A DNA stretch of 64,000 nt from Botryllus schlosseri (lineage: Eukaryota), in assembly GCA_051294905.1 (NCBI GenBank), contig CM119372.1, forward strand, positions 12,526,001 to 12,590,000, read 5' to 3'. How positions within the stretch are numbered: the first letter of the stretch is position 1; each line of letters begins with the position of its first letter. Below the pieces are notes generated by a model. The model was not told the DNA's origin and did no database searches. It worked only from the letters and a program-made list of their open reading frames with translations. The position numbers and the translations under genes were made by a program. Of the stretch, positions 12,001 through 24,000 are shown one piece after another.

Positions 12001-15000
12001 AATATAATAATTATTGAGGCATAGTAATAGCATTGCTTCTTAACCTTTTTTGGTAATTGTAACTGTGCTTCCAATAAGATTCCTCGTGGCCCCTGTCCAT
12101 TTTCAACACAATTTCCGATGGTACCAATATTAAAATTAGAAAGCCCATTCACTTAAAATTGCGCTTAGCGCGAAGACTATTTTTCAGTTGAATAAATTGG
12201 CCAGGAAAATATTCCACTGCATAGGCCTGATTCCACAATGCATATCGTACCCCTGATGTGGTGCTTCGTACCCCGATTAGGTCAAAGAACCCCTGGAACA
12301 GAAATTTCCAATCGCCGAAGAATTCATTGGCGTTACAGCTGTGGAGCGTATATACTACTACCTTAGTCGCCACCGATAATAACATGAATTTATTATTATT
12401 AATTGTGAAAATGGGACATTGTGGCGCTTATCACCTTATCGGTCTGGTGCACCACGACCAACAATTTCGTATTACATGTCTCAAGTCGTTTACATTTAAA
12501 AAAGAATTGCTTAAATCAACACGTTGCTGGCCAGGACGAACTCAACGATAGGCGATAGAAGTTCTGGCCGTACGAGAAGGTTATCTGTGGTGAACTCAAC
12601 TTTCAAGTTCAAGCAGAAATCAATCAAATATGCTCGGTGCCAATCATATTTTGGGCATGCGAGGAGGAAGTGATCCACATTCTCGGGTACGAGACATAAG
12701 TCACACAATGGCGTGTCGATGCAGCCTATTTTGAATAAATGCCCCTTTAGGCGACAATGGCCGGATCGGAGACGGAATATTATCGTTTCATACAAAAGCG
12801 ATCTGTGCATTGAGGGAAACGTCGTATGTACCGTTTGGTGGAAACGTTTGTAGTGGTTTCCCGTCTCTGTGGAACGGTACTCGGTCTGCCACTCACTCTG
12901 GACGTATTTGCGTACTTCGTTCTTGACATCTCTATAGGTAATTACAGGTAGGCCTACTTCCTGACTGTCAAATGCAAAAGCGGCGGTGGAACGTGCAAGT
13001 TCATCTGCAACCTCATTGCCAGGAATGCCACTATGTCCTGGAACCCAGGAGAAGGCAACGTCGATGCTCATTCCTACCAACTGCAGGAACAGAGGGAAAA
13101 TCTTATTGAACGTTCTGCTCGGTTTGCGGTTCGGGTAGCGATTGTATTCAGAACACTAAGACAATCTGTGATAATAACATGGATAAAGAGAACAAACAAC
13201 ACCCAGCATGGGTACGTCACGGGGGTCACAGAATACCAATGGTTGCCATACTGACCAGATTAGATAACTATATACCCTGCGCAACGCATGCTACGACCTT
13301 TTTATATATTACTATTTCCCATGACAGTTTCATAGATTGTTGCGTCCGTAGGATTACCAAGTTACGGTTACGAGTCGCAAGTCCTTCTCTGATTTTGACG
13401 GTTGACCCGACTAAACTAGAGTCATTTTTATTTAATCATCCAGTCCATCCGTAATCGAGTAATTTTACGAAAGGTCGCACCAAACCAAATAACAATTTTC
13501 AGTCGCGAATCATCAACGGGTCTTGTTTTATCATCACGTAATAGCTGATCTTCTACCGCATGGTAGCTTAAGTGATATGATAGTGAAGCTCGTTGAGATT
13601 TCAGTGATTTTTATAGTAGTTTTAGGGTGAACTTCAAGTTCTTATACCTAAAAAGATATATGGCACTTGAATATATTGTTGAATACTTGAAATTCCAAAA
13701 TGCCGTCGCGGGCCGCGTGTTTGAGACCTCTGAGGTAGAGCATAGCGACGAGAGGATTTTGTTGCACTATATGATATATGTGAAGACCTTTTGCAGCAAT
13801 ACAGGAGATACAGGATACTGGGTCGATTCTTGGCATGTGAAAAATCTCACTTGAATATTGATGGCCATGAGATCACGACGAGAGAATTCGAGAGGACCAA
13901 ACACGCTTCCCCGTAAGTCGGGAGTTATGATGTTGTCTTCACGCTCGCAAATCTGACTGGCCATCCCCATGAGCAGTTCGCTGAAGCCATCTTCGGATGA
14001 ACCCAACTTTTCGGTCAACGCTTCCTGCCAATACAGAACAATATGGAACAGGTTCGTCGGCAAGAACGGTATAGAAATAAGACCACGGGTTTTTCCGTCT
14101 CGCAAACAACAGTTTTTTCGCAATACTTCCATTGTACTATAGTACAATGGGAGTATTGCGAAAAATTTGTGTTCATACTGTATAGAACTACATACAGCAC
14201 TTGTACATACAATATGAAATCTAACACTTTTCGTCATATCACAGTTCGACGAGATAGAAAATAAATGGTTGCTGCAATCTGCCTGTATTATCTATAGATG
14301 GACTAATAACCTTGTTATTGTTTTTGTGTCGGGTGACGTATCTCTTACATCGGAAATCCCGAAGCAACTGATTAAGAAATCTATATCGAAGATGTTTTGA
14401 CCGCCCATTGTTTTGCGGTTGGAGTTCGTTCGGTTTGATTTACGATACGAGATGTAAGACAATGTCCAACTATTACCGATATATATCAATACGGAGCCAA
14501 GTCGAAGACAAAAATATTCCCCGTATTTCGAGTTAGATTTACCGCAGTCGGTACATTGTCGTTCGCTACTGATGAGAGTCTGACGTAAGCTTTTGTAAAT
14601 ATATTCACATAATACAGTCATTGCTATTTCTGTACCGCGATTGGTTTGCCTGGAATTGGCAAGAATGTCCGCATTCAACAACATTTTCTTGTGCTTTTCG
14701 TAGTCGTACGTATACCCAGTGACATTTGCTCAAACAAAACGCAATACTGCAATATTATGATCATCTTCCAAAAAGTCTTGCATCCGGGGATATGTGTAAT
14801 ACATTGCGAAGCATGACTTTGATCACATCCGGCAGATATGAAGATTTGTCGAACAATTTTCATGCGAGTAAACTCTCACGCCTTTTCGCGGACAGTATGA
14901 GAAATAGCAACTGCAACATGTGTGGGACTCACGATGGCTTACCACATTTTGCATGTAATCGAAGTTTGCCGTGATTGGGCGTTGCGGCTAAGCAATAGGT

Positions 15001-18000
15001 TTCTTGTGCTTTCACATCTCAAGAAGACATTTCAAAAATTTGTTAGCATCTGAATCTGAGCTTATACATCACCAGTGTAGATGCGATAATAATTATCTTA
15101 CCGTTGGGTTCCAGTAAGTATTGCAGGTTCTCAGGCCCTTTCTGTTGACATGTACTTCTTGAAATTCATGCCTACTTCCCGCTGTCTGAAGCGACGTGTT
15201 GTAGAAAGTACATTCCCCAGTAGAACTGCAATCAAGAAAAGCCTGAGTGACTGACCAGCGTGGAAGACAATACTGCGGATATCCTTACTTGTCATAACGG
15301 CTCCTACGAAATACGCCTGGCGGAACTAAGGTGTGGCCGAAACGCATGGCGGCGCTTTGGAAAATGTGTGTAATCCCGGGATGAACGGATGATTTGTAAC
15401 CTGCATAAGTGCATAATGAAAACATAGAAATTGAGATGTCGGTGACCAGAGGGAGATTAGTGACTATTTTGTTGTAGTAAATAAAGCCCATACCTGAAGT
15501 GTGGAAGTTATAAATGTTAAAATAGAGTATAATCCCGGCATCACGATGCCATCATTAAACAAAGTTGAACCCGAATGTTGATTGCCGCCTAACGTGAGCT
15601 GGAAGTCTTGCGCACAAATTTGATATCGTTATGATTAGTATAGTTTCGTCCGATTTAAATTCGAAATATTTTTCAAAAGCAAGCACGACGCGACTTCTCG
15701 CTCTGTCATTATTGTATAATTGAATTTTGATTTCTTCCTGGGTGCGAGTGCGGATAGTCGTGCTAAGACGCTTTATGTCCTGAATATCCGAGCAACCTCA
15801 TTATTAGAAGGCTCTTGACAAACTACACAGTGTATAGAGTACACACATGAATGCTAATAATGTTATATTCCGTCTTTACCTTCGTATGAGGGTACCTCAT
15901 TACAGATCGCTATCGAGGCGGTACAGTTGCCGAGAAAAATGGGGAGCCATTCGTAGAATATGATTTTCTGTAACATACAAAGCCTTCAAATATCCATCGA
16001 TGTGAAAATAAAGCGTCGCGACCACACCTGATGGATCGCAATATTCTGGGCTCGGGCTTCGTTGTACACCTTTTCGTCCGAATAGCTCGGATATTCGTCC
16101 CGGATTTTCCTCGCCAGCCAATTGTGGTGTCGGAACCACATCACTCCGAATGTTAGGAGAAAGGGATTCTCATTCCCTCTCGGATTTCCGAGACCTAGGA
16201 AAAAAGTGTTGCCATGCTGTTTAACATGACTGCTTACCAGGGCTGTGGAGTCGGTAAATTTTACTACCGACTCCAACTCCGACTCCGACTTCACACGTTT
16301 TCAATGGACCGACTCCAACTCCGACTCCGACTCCTGAGCCTTTAAACGTACCGGCTCCGACTCCGGCTCCGACTCCGACTCGTGAGTCTTTAAACCTACC
16401 GACTTCGACTCCCACTCCCACTCCAACCCCGACTCCAACAGTATAACCAATTTACTTCGAAAATGACATGCCACAGGGACGGTTAAATGACCATCACATA
16501 ATCAATAAAGACATGCAAACATATGATTAACGATGGCATGCAAAACTTCTTCATTGTGGCACAGCTCGGATTCTTAACATGAAAGATTGCCTTTCTAAAT
16601 ATCCTTCCTTTTTTCATATTTTATCAGTTTTTATGACATGGACTCTCTAATAACCTAATAAGAATGAATCATTCAAACACGGCATATATCCCATCCTGTA
16701 TTATAAAAATGTTAGATAAAACAATCGAAGAGTTGCTCCTATATGAGTTAACTAATACAGAGATGCATCTTACTCATTTTCTCATTACACACTGTACTGA
16801 TTACAAGCAGACACACTATCACTACTAATAGACATTGGTCATAAACGGAATTTAGGAAGTAGTCAAATAGCATATGTCTAGTCTACATGCACTTAGTCAA
16901 GTATTCAAGGACTAGGACTTGCAGTCTTTCTTAATCATTTGTTCGACCCAAGCAGCTAAGCTACACTACAAATATTTTTAATTTTGTCAAGAGGGAAGGA
17001 GCGTTTGGTTATATTTACATCAATTTTACAACCAGACGATATATTTGCTCTGTCACAATATCATGGTATAATTCCAAAAATTGCACCAATTTGTGACTGC
17101 ATCGCGAAAATGCATATTGATTCTTTCTTCCTCTATGCAATTCAATTGTGATTTGCAAATAATGTCCAATTTTATCTATGTCAGGGGTAGCCAACCTTTT
17201 CGGTCAAAGGGCCACATGAGATTTACGAACCATTGCGCGGGCAACTTCAATGTTGATAACCTTTTTTCAGTCGTCCAATAGGAATGAACCGAATTAGGTA
17301 ACATTGAAAACAGGACTTATATGAATACGCTTTATAAATTGATAACAATTATGTCATGAAAACTCCGTGTGCAACTGTGTAGTGTGCAGTCGTGCTCTGG
17401 TCCCGCGAAGCACAAAATATTTCAAAGGTAATGAATGAATGAATTCGATAATTAAATATATTAGGCCTATACTTGCATATATTGGGGGCGCCTCTGTATA
17501 GCAATGGGCTCATTTGGCAAGGACAGGATTATTTGGCGTTTTAGACGTAGCAATATCGACGGTTTCTGTGAACATGCCTCAGTCATTTTGTGCAAATGTT
17601 TCATCGCCGACGATCTCGCTTCGAGCGCACAAGCGAAGCCGCATGTTGGACGACACGTTATCTCCTAATTGCGAGTATAGTTGGACTCAATTCTGTAAAT
17701 TACGCGTATTTATCATTTCCAGGAGGGTGATGTTATGTCTAATCTCGAGAATTACCTCGCAGGCCACACAACACCTTCTCGTGGGCCACATTTGGCCTTC
17801 GGGGCACGGTTTGGCCGCTCCTGATCTGTATCGTTACTAACCAGTGATTGATGGTACATAAAAATCCTATTATATAGGTCTTATTAGTAATTTAAAGATA
17901 CCTTTCGAAGCAATTGTTTTCATGATAAAGAAGTTGGAGTCGGAGTCGAAGTCAGGGTCATTTTCACAAACTCCGACTCCGACTCCGACTCCACAACCCT

Positions 18001-21000
18001 GCTGCTTACTAGGGATGGTGTGAGCCTCATGACGTCACGCAACGTCATATTGCTAATTCTAACCCTACATTTCAGTGAAGTGATAGCTTATATTAATAGC
18101 CAGATAATGCCACAATAAGGGTTGCATTTAAAACAAGCGGTGTTTTAAAACACTTTGTTTAAAACATGTTTTAAAAAACAGTGTTTTGAAAAAAAGGCCT
18201 TTCTAAAAAAACAAAATTGTGTTTCTTAAGCTGTAAAATTATGCCATAATTGTTTCAACGCTTTGCAAAAAACATGTTATTTGAGCCTACGGACAATTAC
18301 CACCCGATGTAGCCGACGCAAATCGATATGGGATGGTTGGAACCCTCAAAATAGTAGGCTCAACATCAATAGTACATATATTTCGTCAAAGGAGCTATTT
18401 TTACCCTATATTTTCAATTGTCAATGTCAATCCACTATGACGTCAAAATTGAATATTCGTGACGTCATGGCTTAAAAAAACATAGAAAACAATAAAAACA
18501 TGTTTTAAATTAGGGCAACCCTAGACACAATGCTGAAGTACATATTGACGTTTTAAACGTCGCCAAATGTATCAACTGGGGCAATAAAATGATATAATAA
18601 TCACATAAAATCAATATCTTCCGTCGCTTTGCCAACAATTTCGACGAGGACTTGCAAGGGAATATAAGCTTATACGACTTAACGGTCCAGGCCAGACCCG
18701 GCAATGTATTCGGCGTCTGAGTATTGCTATAGATCAGTGGTTCCCAACCTTTTTGTCTTCATTCCCTACTTCAGATTCAGTCCTATACTCTTCATTCCCC
18801 ACTACCCAAAACTATCGTCGTATTCCCTTTTAACTTTTGTCGTTACAGAGCAGGTATTTGCTTGTTTGAGTACACAAGACACACAACCAGTACGTAAGAC
18901 AATTTCCTATAACTGCGACAGAAAACGCATTGTGAACCGATACCAGTAACCCTCAAAATTTAGCGAAAGCGTTATTTCACGTCATGCTGGCTGTGTTTGT
19001 GAAGCCATCATTGGTTATCCAGAGTTCAAAAAGAGTTTTTGTGAACAACACAGAATATAATTTTCGACACGTGCATTCCAGAGCAGTTAACTGGTAAGAG
19101 TAATCGCGCATGTGTCTCCGTAAATATGCAAACTATCCTGTATATAATGTTTAACAAATGCGTCTATTACCCACCAGACACCATTGAATTCTCCACCAGT
19201 GGGGAATTCCCCACAGGCCGGGAACAACTGCTATAAATTGATATTGAGCAGAGAGTAAAACGGGTTTCTATACTTGCTACCGATATTACCCCCATTAAAA
19301 ATTTATACAGAAGTAGCCAACACCTCCATCGCACGGATTTGTTTTTTATGATACAATAAACACATGGAATCATGATTGACCCAGTACGCCTGCCAGATTT
19401 GTTGCATCAGACAACGACATCAATTTCATTGATTGGTTCAATAAGCATCATTCGATGACTACCTACAGGTAGTGTGGGTCAATTTCGCTCTCGTTGTTGT
19501 GTGATTGCGGGACAAACTCACAGCAGAGAGTCACTAAATATTCACAAACGGAAAGCTGGATATTTCGAGCAAACTTTTGTAACAAAGCAATAAAAAAATT
19601 TTGGTGCATGCCCGTTTGGTGCTGATTTTTTTATGCTGCCAGCGCCATGCATAGAGATGGTGCGAAGTTGAAATGCAAAGAATTCCAACCAAAGATGTTA
19701 TAATGACGTGAAAAATGGTAATATATGAAAAAGGTTCATAGTGCAGAACCTACCAAGGTTCGTTTGTGAACGTGAACCTCTAAATTTCTGATGCTCACAC
19801 ACAGACCGCGAACGTGAACCTCACGTTCACACCATCCCTACTGCTTACCATGCGCATTGCGCCATTTTATTCCATTGGCGGTTTGAATTAATTTTATATA
19901 TATGTTAGCTCTAATTACCATATTACATCGGATGATTCCTATATTTATTAATTTACAAAAAAAAACGTGATGCATGTAAAGTAAGCTAAGAGATCCGGAC
20001 ATGGTGAATACGTCGCGGAACGCCGATCCTGCTTATTCGGCAGTTATGACATGCGAGCCTTTATGTGACTATAAGGACAATTGTTCGGAACTTACGGAAA
20101 AACCTCTTTGCTGATTTAAGTTCATGGTCCCTGGGCGGTGGGGGATTAGCCAAAGGTAACCCGATCGTGTTTTCAATTGGTAACCGTCCCTTATCTTCCG
20201 ACGATGCAAGCTCCCCGCGGCAGTCTTTAGGGTTCTGTGATAGATATTGTCATGTGATTGTGCCGATTGTGCCTTATCTCTTCAGGTAGGCCAATATTGT
20301 ACTTGAGATGAAAAGATGTTGCTTTGTGTGGTACGTCCTTCGCAATGGTTATGAAGCCGTAGTGCGTCTGCCCATGCTTTATTCACTCCGTATGTGAGTC
20401 CGCCATCGATGAAAGACGTGATCTCGTTCAACTGTGTTACAGAGAAAAAGAACAGTCAGGTACTATATCGAAGTCAAAATATTTTCTTCTACGATGTAAT
20501 TGAACATTAAAGCAGCATCGGCCTCATCAACAACTGCGTGCGGTAAAAGTTTCGAAATCAATGGATTTTGTTATCTAGTGATGTGTGTCAGACGGCAAGA
20601 TATAATAAACGCCGCCTATTTAATTTCATAGAGTGTAAACGAAAGTCGTGTTTCTCGCCGATCTCCACCATAGAGTTGGGTGCGAATCGGGTAAACGAGA
20701 AACGGCACTTTCTGGCACTTTGCCTTCACTCCTCTTCCAAGGGATAATAAATATAACAAATACGTAAACAATTCTTATGGAGACATATCCCGGTGTGAAG
20801 TATAGGCGCCCTACACTTTGGCGGAAATCTCGTAAATACACCTCTCTATCACGCATGTATGTACGTTACGTACACATTTTACAGTGTATCAGACAGCCGA
20901 ATTTTATGTTTGCACCACTCCTTTTGATACTAAATTAACATTGTACACTGTATGCATAGCATAGTGCCGTATACTTGACATACATCCTGAAATGGATGTA

Positions 21001-24000
21001 TATAGGTATAAGATTCTATTACGCACGAAATGAGACCCATGGTCATTGGTCATACCTGTTGCCTGGGGAAATTCGGAGAGAACCCGCTTATGGCTTGTTG
21101 GTAGCGACTGCGAACGAGGGGGATTTCCACAGTACCGGTTCCTTCCGGGTCGTACAATGAGTCGTTTTTCGGGATCGGTATGTTGAAATATTCTGGCGGA
21201 CAGCCCGGCCGTTGTGCGTCGAGAATTTCCTCCACGACCTGTTGACCTACGCGGTCGCGACAACGTAATGCTTTTTTAGTTGGGTATATAAGTATTTACT
21301 TTGCACATAATAGGTATCATGACTTTCCTTTTAAAGTGGGTATATATAGTTACGACATTCAAAGTCACGCTATATATTCGAATACATTGTTAGCTTCAGT
21401 AGCCTTCTTGACATTAAGTAACATTCTTTGTTAAAGGTATATATAGCTTCTCTTCAAAGGATTTAATGGCACACGTCGCTGTCCATCATCATGCGCGATA
21501 CACCATAATGCCATAATGTTCCTACGGCGCATTATGGATACACCATAATAAAAACCGTTTCAAAACATTAATAGGCGGTCGCGGAATCGTGCTATTGTTA
21601 TAAACAAATTACTGCAGTTAATTTTGTGTGACCGTCATTTCTTGACAGCTACTATCTCCAGATGTATCGACATTGGACACATAGGTTGTGTTGTGACACT
21701 CACCGAAGAATACCATCAACGCAGTTTTGTTCAGATACGAGTTTTTGCCCGTGTCGCCTTTCATCAGCTGCTCACTAATCGTCCTAGGATTCGGTCTGTT
21801 CCATCCTGACGGCATGTATACTCCGTCTTGGTAATGGGACGGCAGGCGCCGCGTCAAAGGCATGTCTGACGAAAAGTTCAGGGGGGTTATAAGTTGACAT
21901 AAAAAGTCGGTATGCACCATGCTTGGGATTGACAAGCCGTTCAAGATTTGAGCAAAGCTATACTTCAATTCCTTATCCCGACTGAAAATGTGATGCACTG
22001 ACAATGGGGTTTGAATGTCGTTGTTGTTGTTGTGATTGTAGTTATGATATTTTTCGTCCGCAATGATCATTTAAACCAGGCCGATTTTCCATATTTTAAT
22101 TCCGTGTCTGCCGACTTATAGCACGGCCCACTTCTAGGCGTTTTAAGACATCGCTTTCGCGGTTCAGATGACGAGAAGGAACCTAGATAAACTGCCAACA
22201 CTGTGCTAGGAATTATGGAGTCAATCTCGGTCGGACTCGAACCCGCAATCCATTGGTGTTGCAGCTAGGGTTGCATCTAAAACAAATGGTTGTTTAAAAC
22301 ACTTTGTTAAAAACATGTTTTAAACAGTGTTTTAAACAAAGACCTTTAAAAAAAATATTTTTTTTCAAGTTGGGTAATTATGCCATAATTGTGTAAATAC
22401 TTTCCAAAAACATTTTGTATGAGCCTACGGACGACGATTACCACCCGATATAGCCGACGTATGCGACATGGGATGGGTGGAACCCGCGAATTATTCGATT
22501 CAACAGCTATAGTACGTAGATATGGATCATTGGTACGGAATGAATGTTCTGATGATGATGACCATCGACCGTAAAAATGCTGCAAGACGATGTAGTCCTG
22601 GTTAAATATATTTTGGACGGTATATGACAGATGTTGGAGGCCTATTTCGTCAAAGGAGCTATATTTACCCTATATTTTCAATGGTGATAACAATCCACTA
22701 TGACGTCACAATTGAATATGGGTGGCGTCATAGCTTAAAAACAATAAAAACATGTCTTAAACAAGGGCCTTTTTTCAAGCGATCTCAATTAAACGTGGAG
22801 CGACATTGTGATTTCAATAAAATAGCCATCAATGACGGAAATCAATCCCAATATTTATAGGAATTCTTTTATTCTTACCTACAACGCCCCATTCTGGATG
22901 GGCCCGGTTATTGTACCAGCCATCATAAGGTGGATACTCCTTTTCAGCCTCTTGACCTAGAATGTTGCAAATTGATATAAATTTATTAGGAGGGGAAAAC
23001 CTATGGTTTATTATGCTGTACGATGATGGATGAAATGAGACACTATGCAATGCATTATATTGCGTATTTGTGTTGCATTGTATTGGCGTATCTGTAGGCA
23101 TCAGGGTTGTAACCAAGTCACAAGGCTCCGAGTCACAAGTCAATCTCACTTTTATAGTTTTGACTCGAGTCAAGTCGAGTCATTTCAATTCACCACCGAG
23201 TCAAGTCCGAGTCCAAGTCAGCGAGCAGAGGGTCGAGTCCGAGTCATGGAATTATGACTCGAGTCCGAGTCCGAGTCATCGTGTTCACTGCTCAGTTTCC
23301 ACGTAAAGTCTTGGTAAACCCACTTTTTATAACTATGTTTGGTGATATCGAACGGTTCGCATTTACAATATACTAATTTTCCTCACTCTTAGCAGTTTTT
23401 GGTCGCATTTTCAAGTACCAGTACCAACAGACGAAATCCCAATAGTGTGTTGGCTTCGGAATTACAATGAAATGTCGGTCTTGGCCGTCTGAGTCTCGAG
23501 TCAATGACTTGGTTCGAGTCATGCGCATTGACTCGAGTCCAAGTCGAGTCAATACGCAGATTGACTCGAGTCGAGTCGAGTCATTTCCATATTTTGAAAA
23601 AATGACTCGAGTCAAGTCGAGTCATCAGAAAATCGTGACTCGAGTCGGACTCGAGTCGAGTCGTGACTCGAGTCATTACAACCCTGGTAGGCATCGTTGC
23701 TAATGATTCAGTCTTTAACTTTACATATATAGGCCTACCAACAAAAGACGATTATTTGATTACTTGAAAGAAGTGCGAACAGTAAAACACTTTTCTTTTG
23801 ACATAAACTGTGCGATACGAATGAATACGACGTGATACAAAGTATACTATACAACCACGGCAATTACTCAAGGCGGCGCTTATAGTAGAAAGTATAACTA
23901 TACCCTAGTTAGGCTTTTATGTAGTTCGCGAATTACATTCAGATGCTGCAGAAACTATGAATGGCATTGCCACTAATTTAGTAACAAGTGTGTTATAAAA

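Larger units (their letters stand above)
18010..19840. mobile_element. hAT-like element, TAGGGATGGTGTGA family
   Basis: TIR TAGGGATGGTGTGA/TCACACCATCCCTA, TSD CTGCTTAC; inverted relative copy at 37616-38530. Confidence 0.88.

Noticed and set aside
16221..16421. GVGVG-rich ORF
   Set aside because: Translation of (GGAGTC)n subterminal repeats of a TIR element
23045..23703. Several S/R/V-rich ORFs and a CRISPR-like look of GACTCGAGTC repeats
   Set aside because: Irregular short repeats inside a MITE with TIRs and TSD; no constant repeat-spacer period; eukaryotic context
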